From contig OX638317.1 of the NCBI GenBank assembly GCA_951812545.1, positions 5,843,014 through 5,907,013 on the forward strand: 64,000 nucleotides of DNA. Direction: 5' to 3'. This document shows positions 28,840 through 37,251 of this stretch, piece after piece (position 1 is the stretch's first letter; every line of letters starts with the position of its first letter). Under the pieces are notes generated by a model. It made no database searches. It was given only the letters and a program-made list of their open reading frames with translations, and was not told where the DNA came from. The stretch comes from an uncultured Latescibacterota bacterium (GTDB lineage: Bacteria > Latescibacterota > UBA2968). A program made the position numbers and the translations under genes.

Positions 28840-30309
28840 TCAGGATAACGCCTCGCGTCCGAATCGCTCGGCGGCCTCAAGGGTCTCGCGCACATCGTCC
28901 CATGTCGTGGTGTGGTTGACGATGCACAGCCGAAGTGAAAACTTTCCATGCAGGAGCGTCGAGGATATAAAGGCTTTGTCTTCCCAAAAGATGCGGGCGA
29001 GTATTGTCTTGTTGATTTCTTCGAGTTCTTCCTCTTCAATAGCTGTGTCAGCGGGGTTGATTCGGAAGCATACGACCCCCAGCGATGCGGGGTTCAACAT
29101 TTCCAGGGTTTGGCTTTCACGGACGTATGCCTCGGCGCGGGCAGCCAGTTCCATTCCCTTTGAGATGGCGCGGCGGAATGCGTCCATCCCGAAGGTCTGG
29201 ACGGACATCCAGATCTTAAGCGCGCGCACTGAGCGGCTCAGTTGCAGGCCGCGATCCGAGAAGTTCGGGTGGTTCGCACCCCATATTGTGTCCTGGAGAA
29301 TGTCGTGGTGAACGCCGAAGGCATTTTCAAGTGTGCCCAGGTCTTTGACCAGCAGGCAGCCGGCTTCATAAGGCTGGAAGAACCATTTGTGCGCGTCCAG
29401 GCCGATGGAATCAGCCCGTTCGATTCCGCGCAAGAGTTCTTTGCCCTGTTCGGTCACGACCGCGAAGCCGCCGTACGCAGCATCAACGTGTAGCCAGATA
29501 CCTTCTGTCTCGCAGTAGTCTGCCATGGCTTCGATTGGATCAATAGTTCCGGTACTGCTCGTTCCGGCGTTGGCGCACACTGCAATGGGGGTGAATCCTG
29601 CGGCACGGTCATCAGCTACAGTCTGTGCGAGTGCATCCATGTCCAGACGGAAGAGGTCGTCGCTTGGTATCAGGCGTATGCATTCTGGTCGAATGCCGAT
29701 GATTCTGGCTGCTCGTATGTGCGCGCTGTGGCTCTGGTCGCACATGTACACTGTGGCGCGTTCGGGATGCCCTGCGGCTTCTCGCGCTGCAACGAGGGCA
29801 TCGAGGCTGGCTGCTGAGCCTCCGCTCGTCAAAAGCCCGCCCGCGCTTTCTGGGTATCCGACCCATTGCCGCAACCAATCGATGACGACCAGTTCGAGTT
29901 GACTCGGACCGCTCCCGACCAGCCAGGTGCATGCGTTGACGTTGTATCCGGCGGCCATGAAATCGGCCAGTACCCCGGGCCAGGTGGGCGATGTTGGGAT
30001 GAAAGCGAAGCAGCGTGGATGGTCCAGTCGCATCGCAATCGGGAGGATTTCGCGCGCGGCTTGCTCAATGACTTCCATTGGGGGCCTTCCGTCTTTGGGT
30101 GGATCTTTCAGGAGTTGTTTTTCCAGCCCCTGCCTGAATTCTCCATCCCAGGCTTCTTCCCCGGGCAAGGTCTCGATTCGTTCCACCACAAGCTCCGCGG
30201 CTTTGCGCGCGAGGTCGAGCATGAGTTCGGGAGCCATCTGGAGGCTGTTATCCGCCCCGGCCGAAAGTTCTCGTTTTTCCTCTGATTGTCTTTCCATACC
30301 CCTTCTCAT
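28840..30309 (-). CDS. group II pyridoxal-dependent (aromatic amino acid-type) decarboxylase
   Basis: 489 aa. HVDAAYGGF and the PLP-lysine motif SIGLDAHKWF. ATG overlaps the stop of the upstream Cache gene (ATGA at 30306-30309). Confidence 0.85.
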   Translation of the reverse strand: MRRGMERQSEEKRELSAGADNSLQMAPELMLDLARKAAELVVERIETLPGEEAWDGEFRQGLEKQLLKDPPKDGRPPMEVIEQAAREILPIAMRLDHPRCFAFIPTSPTWPGVLADFMAAGYNVNACTWLVGSGPSQLELVVIDWLRQWVGYPESAGGLLTSGGSAASLDALVAAREAAGHPERATVYMCDQSHSAHIRAARIIGIRPECIRLIPSDDLFRLDMDALAQTVADDRAAGFTPIAVCANAGTSSTGTIDPIEAMADYCETEGIWLHVDAAYGGFAVVTEQGKELLRGIERADSIGLDAHKWFFQPYEAGCLLVKDLGTLENAFGVHHDILQDTIWGANHPNFSDRGLQLSRSVRALKIWMSVQTFGMDAFRRAISKGMELAARAEAYVRESQTLEMLNPASLGVVCFRINPADTAIEEEELEEINKTILARIFWEDKAFISSTLLHGKFSLRLCIVNHTTTWDDVRETLEAAERFGREALS

Positions 30310-31682
30310 TCTTTCACTTGCGGATAAAAGCCCGATAGCAGGGTTAATTCCATGCCGGTTTGTGGGTTAGTGATTGGGGTGGCATAACCTATTTTCGGTG
30401 AGCCAATGGGATCTCCGAGTAATTCACCATCTCCATTCTCATCTACCGCCGGATTATCGAAAGAATACTCGACAAAACCGCCACCTGCTGCGGCTGCAGC
30501 GATGAGTTCCTGGACGTATTTGACGCCGTTGGGATCTTCAAAGTTAATCAGGTTTTGTCCTTCGAGAGCTGAATTGGCAGCGTGAAACACTATGACACCC
30601 TCGCTGTTTAAAACTGCGAGGTAGATGGCTTCGTGTTTCCATCTGTCTCCCTCTTGCCTGAATTCTGCTGCGATGTCTTCGGAAAAGGGGAAGCTTTTCG
30701 CGTATTCTTTTGCGGATCCGACAAATGCTTTGAGGGTTTCTTTATCTACCACAGCACGAGCCGTGACTGGATAAAAGCCAGAGAGCAGGGTTAATTCCAT
30801 GCCGGTTTGTGAGTCAATGATCGGGATGGCGTAACTTATTTTTGGTGAGCCAATGGGATCTCCGACCAATTCGCCATCCCCATTCTCATCTATCGCTGGA
30901 TTATCGAAATAATACTCGACAAATCCGCCACCTGCAGCGGCTGCAGCGATGAGTTCCTGGGTATATTTGACGCCGTTGGGATCTTCAAGGTTAATCAGGT
31001 TTTGCCCTTCGAGGGCTGGATTGGCTGCGTGAAATAATATGACGCCATCGCTATTTCCAATTACGAGATAGATGGATTCGTGTTTCCATCTGTCTCCCTC
31101 TTGCCTGAATTCTGCTGCGATTTCCTCGGAGAGGGGAAAGCTTTTTGCGTATTCTTTTGCGGCCTCTACAAATGCTTTCAGAGTTTTCTTATCGCCGACA
31201 TCCCTGGCCGTGATCTGTTTTGTTGGCTCTTCCAGAGAGTATGAACCCTTCACCTGCGCTTTTCCACCAATAGGCAAATTGAGTATGACCTTATAGCCTG
31301 CGTTAATTGGTATGCTGGACCAGGAACCGATCTCGCTATCATCTTGCGAGGCACGCGCTTGATAATAACCATTGCCCGATGTGATTTCCACCAGTGCCTG
31401 ACCTTTTTCATCGGTTATGCCGGACCACTCATAGGCCGGAGCCTGTCCGGCAATAGAGCGCGAGAATTCTACGGTTGCACCGCTTACTGGTGTGCCATCA
31501 CTATGCAAATTGACCATGACGATAGCCTGTGCTTTGTGATGGGCTGCTGCCAATTTGCTCAGGGGACGTCCAATCTGTTCCTCTGTTCCGATTTCTGATT
31601 GTGTCACGCGCTCTCCGCCGCAGTTCCACATCAGTCCTGCAGCAAGGGCTATGACAACTATACTGCGAATGTGTCTCATCAT
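30306..31682 (-). CDS. secreted lipoprotein: beta-sandwich module + two tandem sCache_2-like domains
   Basis: 458 aa. Signal with Cys (AAGLMWNCGG). Module aa 52-140. Two 149-aa repeats with Cache signatures (GDRWKHE.IYL, FHAAN.ALEGQNLI, GGGFVEY.FDNP, SPKI.YA). No TM or output domain. Confidence 0.75.
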   Translation of the reverse strand: MMRHIRSIVVIALAAGLMWNCGGERVTQSEIGTEEQIGRPLSKLAAAHHKAQAIVMVNLHSDGTPVSGATVEFSRSIAGQAPAYEWSGITDEKGQALVEITSGNGYYQARASQDDSEIGSWSSIPINAGYKVILNLPIGGKAQVKGSYSLEEPTKQITARDVGDKKTLKAFVEAAKEYAKSFPLSEEIAAEFRQEGDRWKHESIYLVIGNSDGVILFHAANPALEGQNLINLEDPNGVKYTQELIAAAAAGGGFVEYYFDNPAIDENGDGELVGDPIGSPKISYAIPIIDSQTGMELTLLSGFYPVTARAVVDKETLKAFVGSAKEYAKSFPFSEDIAAEFRQEGDRWKHEAIYLAVLNSEGVIVFHAANSALEGQNLINFEDPNGVKYVQELIAAAAAGGGFVEYSFDNPAVDENGDGELLGDPIGSPKIGYATPITNPQTGMELTLLSGFYPQVKE

Positions 31683-31743
31683 CGGTCCTCCCTTTGTTGA
31701 GTTTTTTCAGGTTTTGCAAAAGTCTGCTATATGGTGCAAATGC

Positions 31744-31772
31744 AGTTTATGCTTAGAAACTCTATTTGTCAA
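31744..31772 (-). promoter_or_regulatory. putative sigma70-type promoter for 30306-31682
   Basis: Minus strand: TTGACA, 17 nt, TAAACT, about 60-90 nt upstream of the start codon. Confidence 0.35.
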
Positions 31773-31801
31773 ATTATGTTTGTGAGGTCCTTGAATCAAA
31801 T

Positions 31802-31834
31802 AAAAAGCCGCGAATTATGCCCGCGGCTTTTTTT
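31802..31834 (-). terminator. intrinsic terminator after 31852-33441
   Basis: AAAAA-GCCGCG-AATTATGC-CCGCGGC-TTTTTTT. Nearly the same sequence as the terminator at 28753-28787. Confidence 0.7.
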
Positions 31835-31851
31835 AATGTTGGATCTCAAGC

Positions 31852-33441
31852 TTACTTTACCAGAAGCAGCCGTCGGATGATGACGTCACTTGAATGTGCC
31901 AACCGGGAAATATAAACTCCACTGGAAACTTCTCGGCCAAACTCGTCTTTGCCATCCCACCTGACCCGATAATGACCAGGTGCCTGACTGTCCTGCACCA
32001 GGACGCGAACCTGTTGTCCCAATGTGTTGTATATCGTCAGACTCACATGCCCTGCTTCGGGTATCTGATAGGCGATTTGCGTAGATGGGTTAAAGGGGTT
32101 GGGTACATTGGGATATAGAACGAGGTCCTGCATAGCTGTCTGAGCGCGACTGCCTATGGGTAGAGAGAGTGTTTTTGGTTCTCCGCCGTTGATGGGAATG
32201 CTATTCCAGGTGGCGAGCGTGTTTCCGTCGGCATCCTTTGCACGGGCGAGGTAGTAGCCCGAGACATCGCTATCAGATTGGATGTTGATGGTGGCGCGTC
32301 CTTCGGCATCGGTGGTGCCTTGCCACTGGTATTCGGGTGCGCGACCAGCAATGGATTGAGAGAATTCGACTGTGGCATCTGCTACAGGCTGGTCGTTCTG
32401 AGTAAGGGTAATATTCACGATGGCGCGCTTGAGGTCTATATATAGCCCGGCGCCGACGACATACTCCCCGCCGCGGAATACAACGAGTTCGGCATAGCTC
32501 ACTTTGGGCGAACCGGTATCTTCATCGCCTACTATCGTCGGATCGTCGAAGTTATATTCGACAAAGCCGCCTCCCGCCTTTGCCACGTTAATGAGTTCTC
32601 GGAGGTACATGACTCCGTTTACATCCACCTTATTGATGTCGCTTGTTTGGAACTCCAGTGATCGATCGACACCGTGAAATAACACATAACCCCCGGTAGA
32701 GAACACAAAGAAATAGACGGAGCCTTGCCTATAGGGGCCGCCTTCTTCTCTGAAGAGATCCTGATGTTGCTGAAGCTGATCAAGCCCGATTTCCTCCACG
32801 GCTTGTAGATATCTGTGTCCCGTTCCGAGTACGAATGCCTTGAGGGTTTCCCGATCAACCACGTCGGCGGCCGTGACCTCGGGGGGGGGAATGAGGGACG
32901 GATCGAACGGCGTTGCACTGGCATGCGAAACGTCCTGGTAATAGCCGCCGATCAGGACCACCGCGGTTCCGGTTTGTCCGGAGACATAGTTGACGGCGTA
33001 GGCGACCTTGGGGCTGTCCTCATCTCCTTCCACCGCCGGATCATCCCAGTAATACTCGACGTGGCCTCCGCCCATGTTGGCTGCTGCAAGGAGGTTTTGC
33101 ACGACCTTATTGCCGCGGGCGTCTTCGATGTCGTACAGGTGCTTGCCGTTTACGCTGATGTCACCGGCATGATGAAACACCGTGCCATTTGGTAACATGA
33201 TGATGAGGTACGTGTTCCCGTGTTTCCAATCCCCCTCGACGCTGATGCTTTGGAGATACGGCGCGAGGTCGTTGGGATCGGTAAAAGCTTCTGCATGTGA
33301 TTTTGCGCCTTCGACAAAGGCTTTTAAGGTTTCCCTGTCCACCACTTCGCTGGCTGTTACCTCGGGCGATTGAGCTATGGCGGGTTGCACGGCAAAGAGG
33401 CTTGTCAGCCCCAGAATGATTACTGCTGTTATATGCTTCAA
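31852..33441 (-). CDS. secreted protein: two sCache_2-like domains + beta-sandwich module + T9SS type-A C-terminal sorting domain (paralogue A)
   Basis: 529 aa, TTG start, SPI-type signal (FAVQPAIAQ). Cache signatures GDWKHGNTYLI, GGGHVEYYWDDP and SPKVAYAV. CTD LYPNVPNPFNPSTQIAYQIP...SGVYISRL...LLLVK. Confidence 0.75.
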   Translation of the reverse strand: MKHITAVIILGLTSLFAVQPAIAQSPEVTASEVVDRETLKAFVEGAKSHAEAFTDPNDLAPYLQSISVEGDWKHGNTYLIIMLPNGTVFHHAGDISVNGKHLYDIEDARGNKVVQNLLAAANMGGGHVEYYWDDPAVEGDEDSPKVAYAVNYVSGQTGTAVVLIGGYYQDVSHASATPFDPSLIPPPEVTAADVVDRETLKAFVLGTGHRYLQAVEEIGLDQLQQHQDLFREEGGPYRQGSVYFFVFSTGGYVLFHGVDRSLEFQTSDINKVDVNGVMYLRELINVAKAGGGFVEYNFDDPTIVGDEDTGSPKVSYAELVVFRGGEYVVGAGLYIDLKRAIVNITLTQNDQPVADATVEFSQSIAGRAPEYQWQGTTDAEGRATINIQSDSDVSGYYLARAKDADGNTLATWNSIPINGGEPKTLSLPIGSRAQTAMQDLVLYPNVPNPFNPSTQIAYQIPEAGHVSLTIYNTLGQQVRVLVQDSQAPGHYRVRWDGKDEFGREVSSGVYISRLAHSSDVIIRRLLLVK

Positions 33442-33508
33442 AAGGATTCCCTCCTTTTTTGAGTTGTGATACTGTGAACCATAGCCTTTCTATGGCTGAA
33501 ACCGGCAA

Positions 33509-33537
33509 ATTTTAAGCTAAGAAGCCCTTTTTGTCAA
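33509..33537 (-). promoter_or_regulatory. putative sigma70-type promoter for 31852-33441
   Basis: Minus strand: TTGACA (33532-33537), 17 nt, TAAAAT (33509-33514). Confidence 0.4.
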
Positions 33538-33586
33538 ATATATTAGAAGTGCAGCTCCAAGGGTCTATGCCCCTAAAGGTGGTCTA

Positions 33587-33627
33587 ATAAAAACAACTGC
33601 TCTCTTGTTGGGACATGCCAAGAGAGC
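33587..33627 (-). terminator. putative intrinsic terminator after 33735-35336
   Basis: 9-bp stem GCTCTCTTG/CAAGAGAGC, followed on the minus strand by UUGUUUUUAUU. Confidence 0.5.
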
Positions 33628-33734
33628 GGTTGGGTGTAATAAAACAATGGGTTATTGATTGATTCACACTTCGCTGTAGTTCAACGGAAAAGCCACCGAT
33701 ACATTGTTTGGTCATATAATGTTGGATCTCAAAC

Positions 33735-35336
33735 TTATTTGACCAGAAGCAGCCGCCGGATGATGACGTCACTTGAATGTGCCAACCGGGAAATATAAAC
33801 TCCACTGGAAACTTCTCGGCCAAACTCGTCTTTGCCATCCCACCTGACCCGATAATGACCAGGTGCCTGACTGTCTTGCACCAAAACGCGAACCTGTTGT
33901 CCCAATGTGTTGTATATCGTCAGACTCACATGCCCTGCTTCGGGTATCTGATAGGCGATTTGCGTAGATGGGTTAAAGGGGTTGGGTACATTGGGATATA
34001 GAACGAGGTCCTGCATAGCTGTCTGAGCGCGACTGCCTATGGGTAGAGAGAGTGTTTTTGGTTCTCCGCCGTTGATGGGAATGCTATTCCAGGTGGCGAG
34101 CGTGTTTCCGTCGGCATCCTTTGCACGGGCGAGGTAGTAGCCCGAGACATCGCTATCAGATTGGATGTTGATGGTGGCGCGTCCTTCGGCATCGGTGGTG
34201 CCTTGCCACTGGTATTCGGGTGCGCGACCAGCAATGGATTGAGAGAATTCGACTGTGGCATCTGCTACAGGCTGGTCGTTCTGAGTGAGGGTAATATTCA
34301 CCATAACGCGCTTGAGGTCTATATATAGCCCGGCGCCGATGATATACTCCCCGCCAGGGAACACAACGAGTTCGGCATAGGTTACTTTGGGCGAGCCGGT
34401 GTCTTCGTCGCCTTCTACCGTCGGATCGTCCCAGTAGTACTCGACAAAGCCGCCTCCCGCCTTTGCCACGTTAATAATTTCCCGGATGAACTTAACCCCG
34501 TTTATATCCTCCCGGTCGAGGCTGCTCACAAACCTGTGCTCTACCGACCGATCGGCACCGTGAAAGTACACGTAACCATCCGTGGTTAAGGCAAAGAAAT
34601 AGACGGAGCCTTGCCTGTAGGGGCCGCCTTCTTCTCTGAAGAGATCCTGATTTTGCTGAAGAAGTACATCAAGCCCAACTTGCTCTATGGCTTTTATATA
34701 GCTGTCTACCGTTCCGAGTACGAATGCCTTGAGGGTTTCCCGATCAACCACGTCGGCGGCCGTGACCTCGGGAGGGGGAATGAGGGACGGATCTAACGGC
34801 GTTGCATTGGCATGCGAAACATTCTGGTAATAGCCGCCGATCAGGACCACCGCGGTTCCGGTTTGTCCGGAGACATAGTTGACGGCGTAGGCGATCTTGG
34901 GGCTGTCCTCATCTCCTTCCACCGCCGGATCATCCCAGTAATACTCGACGTGGCCTCCGCCCATGTTGGCTGCTGCAAGGAGGTTTTGCACGACCTTATT
35001 GCCGCGGGCGTCTTCGATGTCGTACAGGTGCTTGCCGTTTACGCTGATGTCACCGACATGATGAAACACCGTGCCATTTGGTAACATGATGATGAGGTAC
35101 GTGTTCCCGTGTTTCCAATCCCCCTCGACGCTGATGCTTTGGAGATACGGCGCGAGGTCGTTGGGATCGGTAACAGTTTCCGCATATGATTTTGCATATA
35201 ATACGAATGCCTCCAATGTCTCCGCATCTACCACCTCGCTGGCGGTTATCTTCTCAGGCGATTGAGCCACGGCGGGCTGCACTGCTGCAAAGAGACTTGC
35301 CAATCCCAAAAGGATTACTGCTGTTATATGCTTCAA
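33735..35336 (-). CDS. secreted protein: two sCache_2-like domains + beta-sandwich module + T9SS type-A C-terminal sorting domain (paralogue B)
   Basis: 533 aa, TTG start. Collinear with 31852-33441. The last roughly 190 aa are identical to paralogue A. Confidence 0.75.
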   Translation of the reverse strand: MKHITAVILLGLASLFAAVQPAVAQSPEKITASEVVDAETLEAFVLYAKSYAETVTDPNDLAPYLQSISVEGDWKHGNTYLIIMLPNGTVFHHVGDISVNGKHLYDIEDARGNKVVQNLLAAANMGGGHVEYYWDDPAVEGDEDSPKIAYAVNYVSGQTGTAVVLIGGYYQNVSHANATPLDPSLIPPPEVTAADVVDRETLKAFVLGTVDSYIKAIEQVGLDVLLQQNQDLFREEGGPYRQGSVYFFALTTDGYVYFHGADRSVEHRFVSSLDREDINGVKFIREIINVAKAGGGFVEYYWDDPTVEGDEDTGSPKVTYAELVVFPGGEYIIGAGLYIDLKRVMVNITLTQNDQPVADATVEFSQSIAGRAPEYQWQGTTDAEGRATINIQSDSDVSGYYLARAKDADGNTLATWNSIPINGGEPKTLSLPIGSRAQTAMQDLVLYPNVPNPFNPSTQIAYQIPEAGHVSLTIYNTLGQQVRVLVQDSQAPGHYRVRWDGKDEFGREVSSGVYISRLAHSSDVIIRRLLLVK

Positions 35337-35518
35337 GGTGATTTCTCCCCTTTTTGAGTTGTGATACTGTGAACTATACTTTTCTTATAAAAAATAAAAA
35401 TACGATTTTTCTTTTAAAAAAAGTAGATTTATTTATGCAAACGTTTATATTTTATTAATTTTACTTACGGTATAAGCAGAAGTGCATCCCCAAAGGTCTA
35501 TGCTTCAAAAGGCGGTCT

Positions 35519-35562
35519 AATAAAAATGAACCGCTCTCCTGGAGGGACGTGCAAGAGAGCGG
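35519..35562 (-). terminator. putative intrinsic terminator after 35607-37208
   Basis: 8-bp stem CCGCTCTC/GAGAGCGG with a U-rich tail on the minus strand. Homologous to the element at 33587-33627. Confidence 0.45.
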
Positions 35563-35606
35563 TTGGGTATAGTTAATGAAATGGCCTGTTGATCGGTTTT
35601 AGGACC

Positions 35607-37208
35607 TTACGGCGAGAATCGATAGACCACGGGCAATTTTGCGGGGTCTGTGATGTTTAAATCTGTGTGGTGGTAGATGTTGATGCGCCCGGTGCCACAG
35701 TCTCCAAATTCGTCGCAGTTGAGTGTGCCGACAAGGCTCTGAAAGCCGGATGTCGCGTGGAGTTGCCTGCGCAGCGCGGCGCGATCTACATACAATTTTC
35801 CGCCAGCTTCGCCTGCGACAATCTCAATGGCGTTGAGCAGTAGCGTTGTGGCGTCGTAAGAGTGCGCCCAGTATGGCGTGATTGGAAATCCGCCATACTG
35901 GGCTGAGTATGCGGCGAGCGCTTCATCTACGCTCTTGCCGGTTACAGCATTGACATTTGAGCCGAGATCTGCCTCTGGTCCTGCAGCGTAAACACCCTCT
36001 GACTGCGGTGTGGCGAGGAACTTCGAATCGAGGAGGGCTGCACCCGTGATGAGTGTCGCGTCTTTCAGGCTGGCGTGTTCCCTCGCCTGCTTGGCGAAAG
36101 GTATGCCTTCTATATCGAAGAGCGGGAAGAAGATGCCGTCTGGTGTAGCTGCTGCAAATTCTGTGAGGACGGCTGTCATATCTGTCTGGCCTTTCTCGAT
36201 CGTGGCGGTGGCTACGACCTCGCCGCCGATGGCGCTAAACGCATTGCCAAATGCGATGGTGAGGCCCATGGTGTACGGGTCGCCATCGTCGAGGGCCGCC
36301 ATGCGCCGCAGGCCCAATTCATTGTATGTGAAGTCGGCGACTGCCCGCGCCTGATAGAGGTCGTTGACCGCAACGCGAAAATAGCCGGGATGATAGTTGG
36401 GACTCGCGTTGCCGGAGAGGTCGGACGTAAGTGCTGGCGAGGTGTTAGATGGCGCGATCATTACCAGACCAGCTTCGCTGATCACCGGTGAGGCCGCCAC
36501 TGCCGCACCCGAGCAGTTCGTGCCGATGACGCCGAGTACTTGTGGGTCGGCGACAATCTGCTCTGCACCCATGCGTCCGCCATCCGGTCCACACCCGCCG
36601 TCTATTGGCTCGCCGAGTTCGACCTCGTGACCGTGGATCATGCCGAAGTCTTGTACGGCTAACTCAACGGCGTTCCGCGACGGCACACCAAGCGATGTCG
36701 CGATTGTATGCGCGAGCAACGAACGGATTTGCACGGCTTCGCCCTCGCTCACCATGACTAAGACATCCATGGACGAACTGGTTACCTGTGCTTGTCCATC
36801 GATGGGCAAGTCCATGACCTCGTAGCCCGCGTTGATTGGAATGCTGGACCAGGAACCGATTTCGACCCCGTCCTGCGAGGCACGCGCCTGGTAATAACCA
36901 TTGCCCGATGTGATTTCCACCCATGCCTGACCATTGTCATCGATCATGCCCGACCATTGATAGTTGGGGGCCTGTCCTGCAATGGAGCGTGCTAATGCGA
37001 TAGTTGCACCGCTCACTGGTGTGCCATCACGATGCACAGTGACCATGACGACGGCCTTTGTCTCGTGATGGGCTACTGCCAATTTGCTCAGGGGACGGCC
37101 AATCTGTTCGTTTTCAACTCTTGACTGTGTCACGCGCTCACCGCCGCAGTTCCACATCAGCCCTGAGGCAAGAGCTATGACAATAATACTGCGAATGTGC
37201 TTCAACAT
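35607..37208 (-). CDS. lipoprotein: beta-sandwich module + LivK-like (type I, Peripla_BP_6) solute-binding domain
   Basis: Start moved to ATG 37208 (MLKHIRSIIVIALASGLMWNCGG) behind GGAGGA. The N-terminal 140 aa are paralogous to 30306-31682. The rest resembles branched-chain amino acid ABC binding proteins (VIGTNCSGAAVAASPV, MIAPSNTSPALT). Confidence 0.75.
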   Translation of the reverse strand: MLKHIRSIIVIALASGLMWNCGGERVTQSRVENEQIGRPLSKLAVAHHETKAVVMVTVHRDGTPVSGATIALARSIAGQAPNYQWSGMIDDNGQAWVEITSGNGYYQARASQDGVEIGSWSSIPINAGYEVMDLPIDGQAQVTSSSMDVLVMVSEGEAVQIRSLLAHTIATSLGVPSRNAVELAVQDFGMIHGHEVELGEPIDGGCGPDGGRMGAEQIVADPQVLGVIGTNCSGAAVAASPVISEAGLVMIAPSNTSPALTSDLSGNASPNYHPGYFRVAVNDLYQARAVADFTYNELGLRRMAALDDGDPYTMGLTIAFGNAFSAIGGEVVATATIEKGQTDMTAVLTEFAAATPDGIFFPLFDIEGIPFAKQAREHASLKDATLITGAALLDSKFLATPQSEGVYAAGPEADLGSNVNAVTGKSVDEALAAYSAQYGGFPITPYWAHSYDATTLLLNAIEIVAGEAGGKLYVDRAALRRQLHATSGFQSLVGTLNCDEFGDCGTGRINIYHHTDLNITDPAKLPVVYRFSP

Positions 37209-37251
37209 GGAATCCTCCATAGGGTAAAGAGTTGTGTGAAAATACTGTCGA

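Noticed and set aside
30321-35336. Regularly spaced repeats in the Cache gene cluster, considered as a possible CRISPR-like or other non-coding array.
   Set aside because: The repeat units are 447 bp and about 1.9 kb and are in frame. They correspond to protein domains and whole genes, not to short direct repeats with unique spacers.
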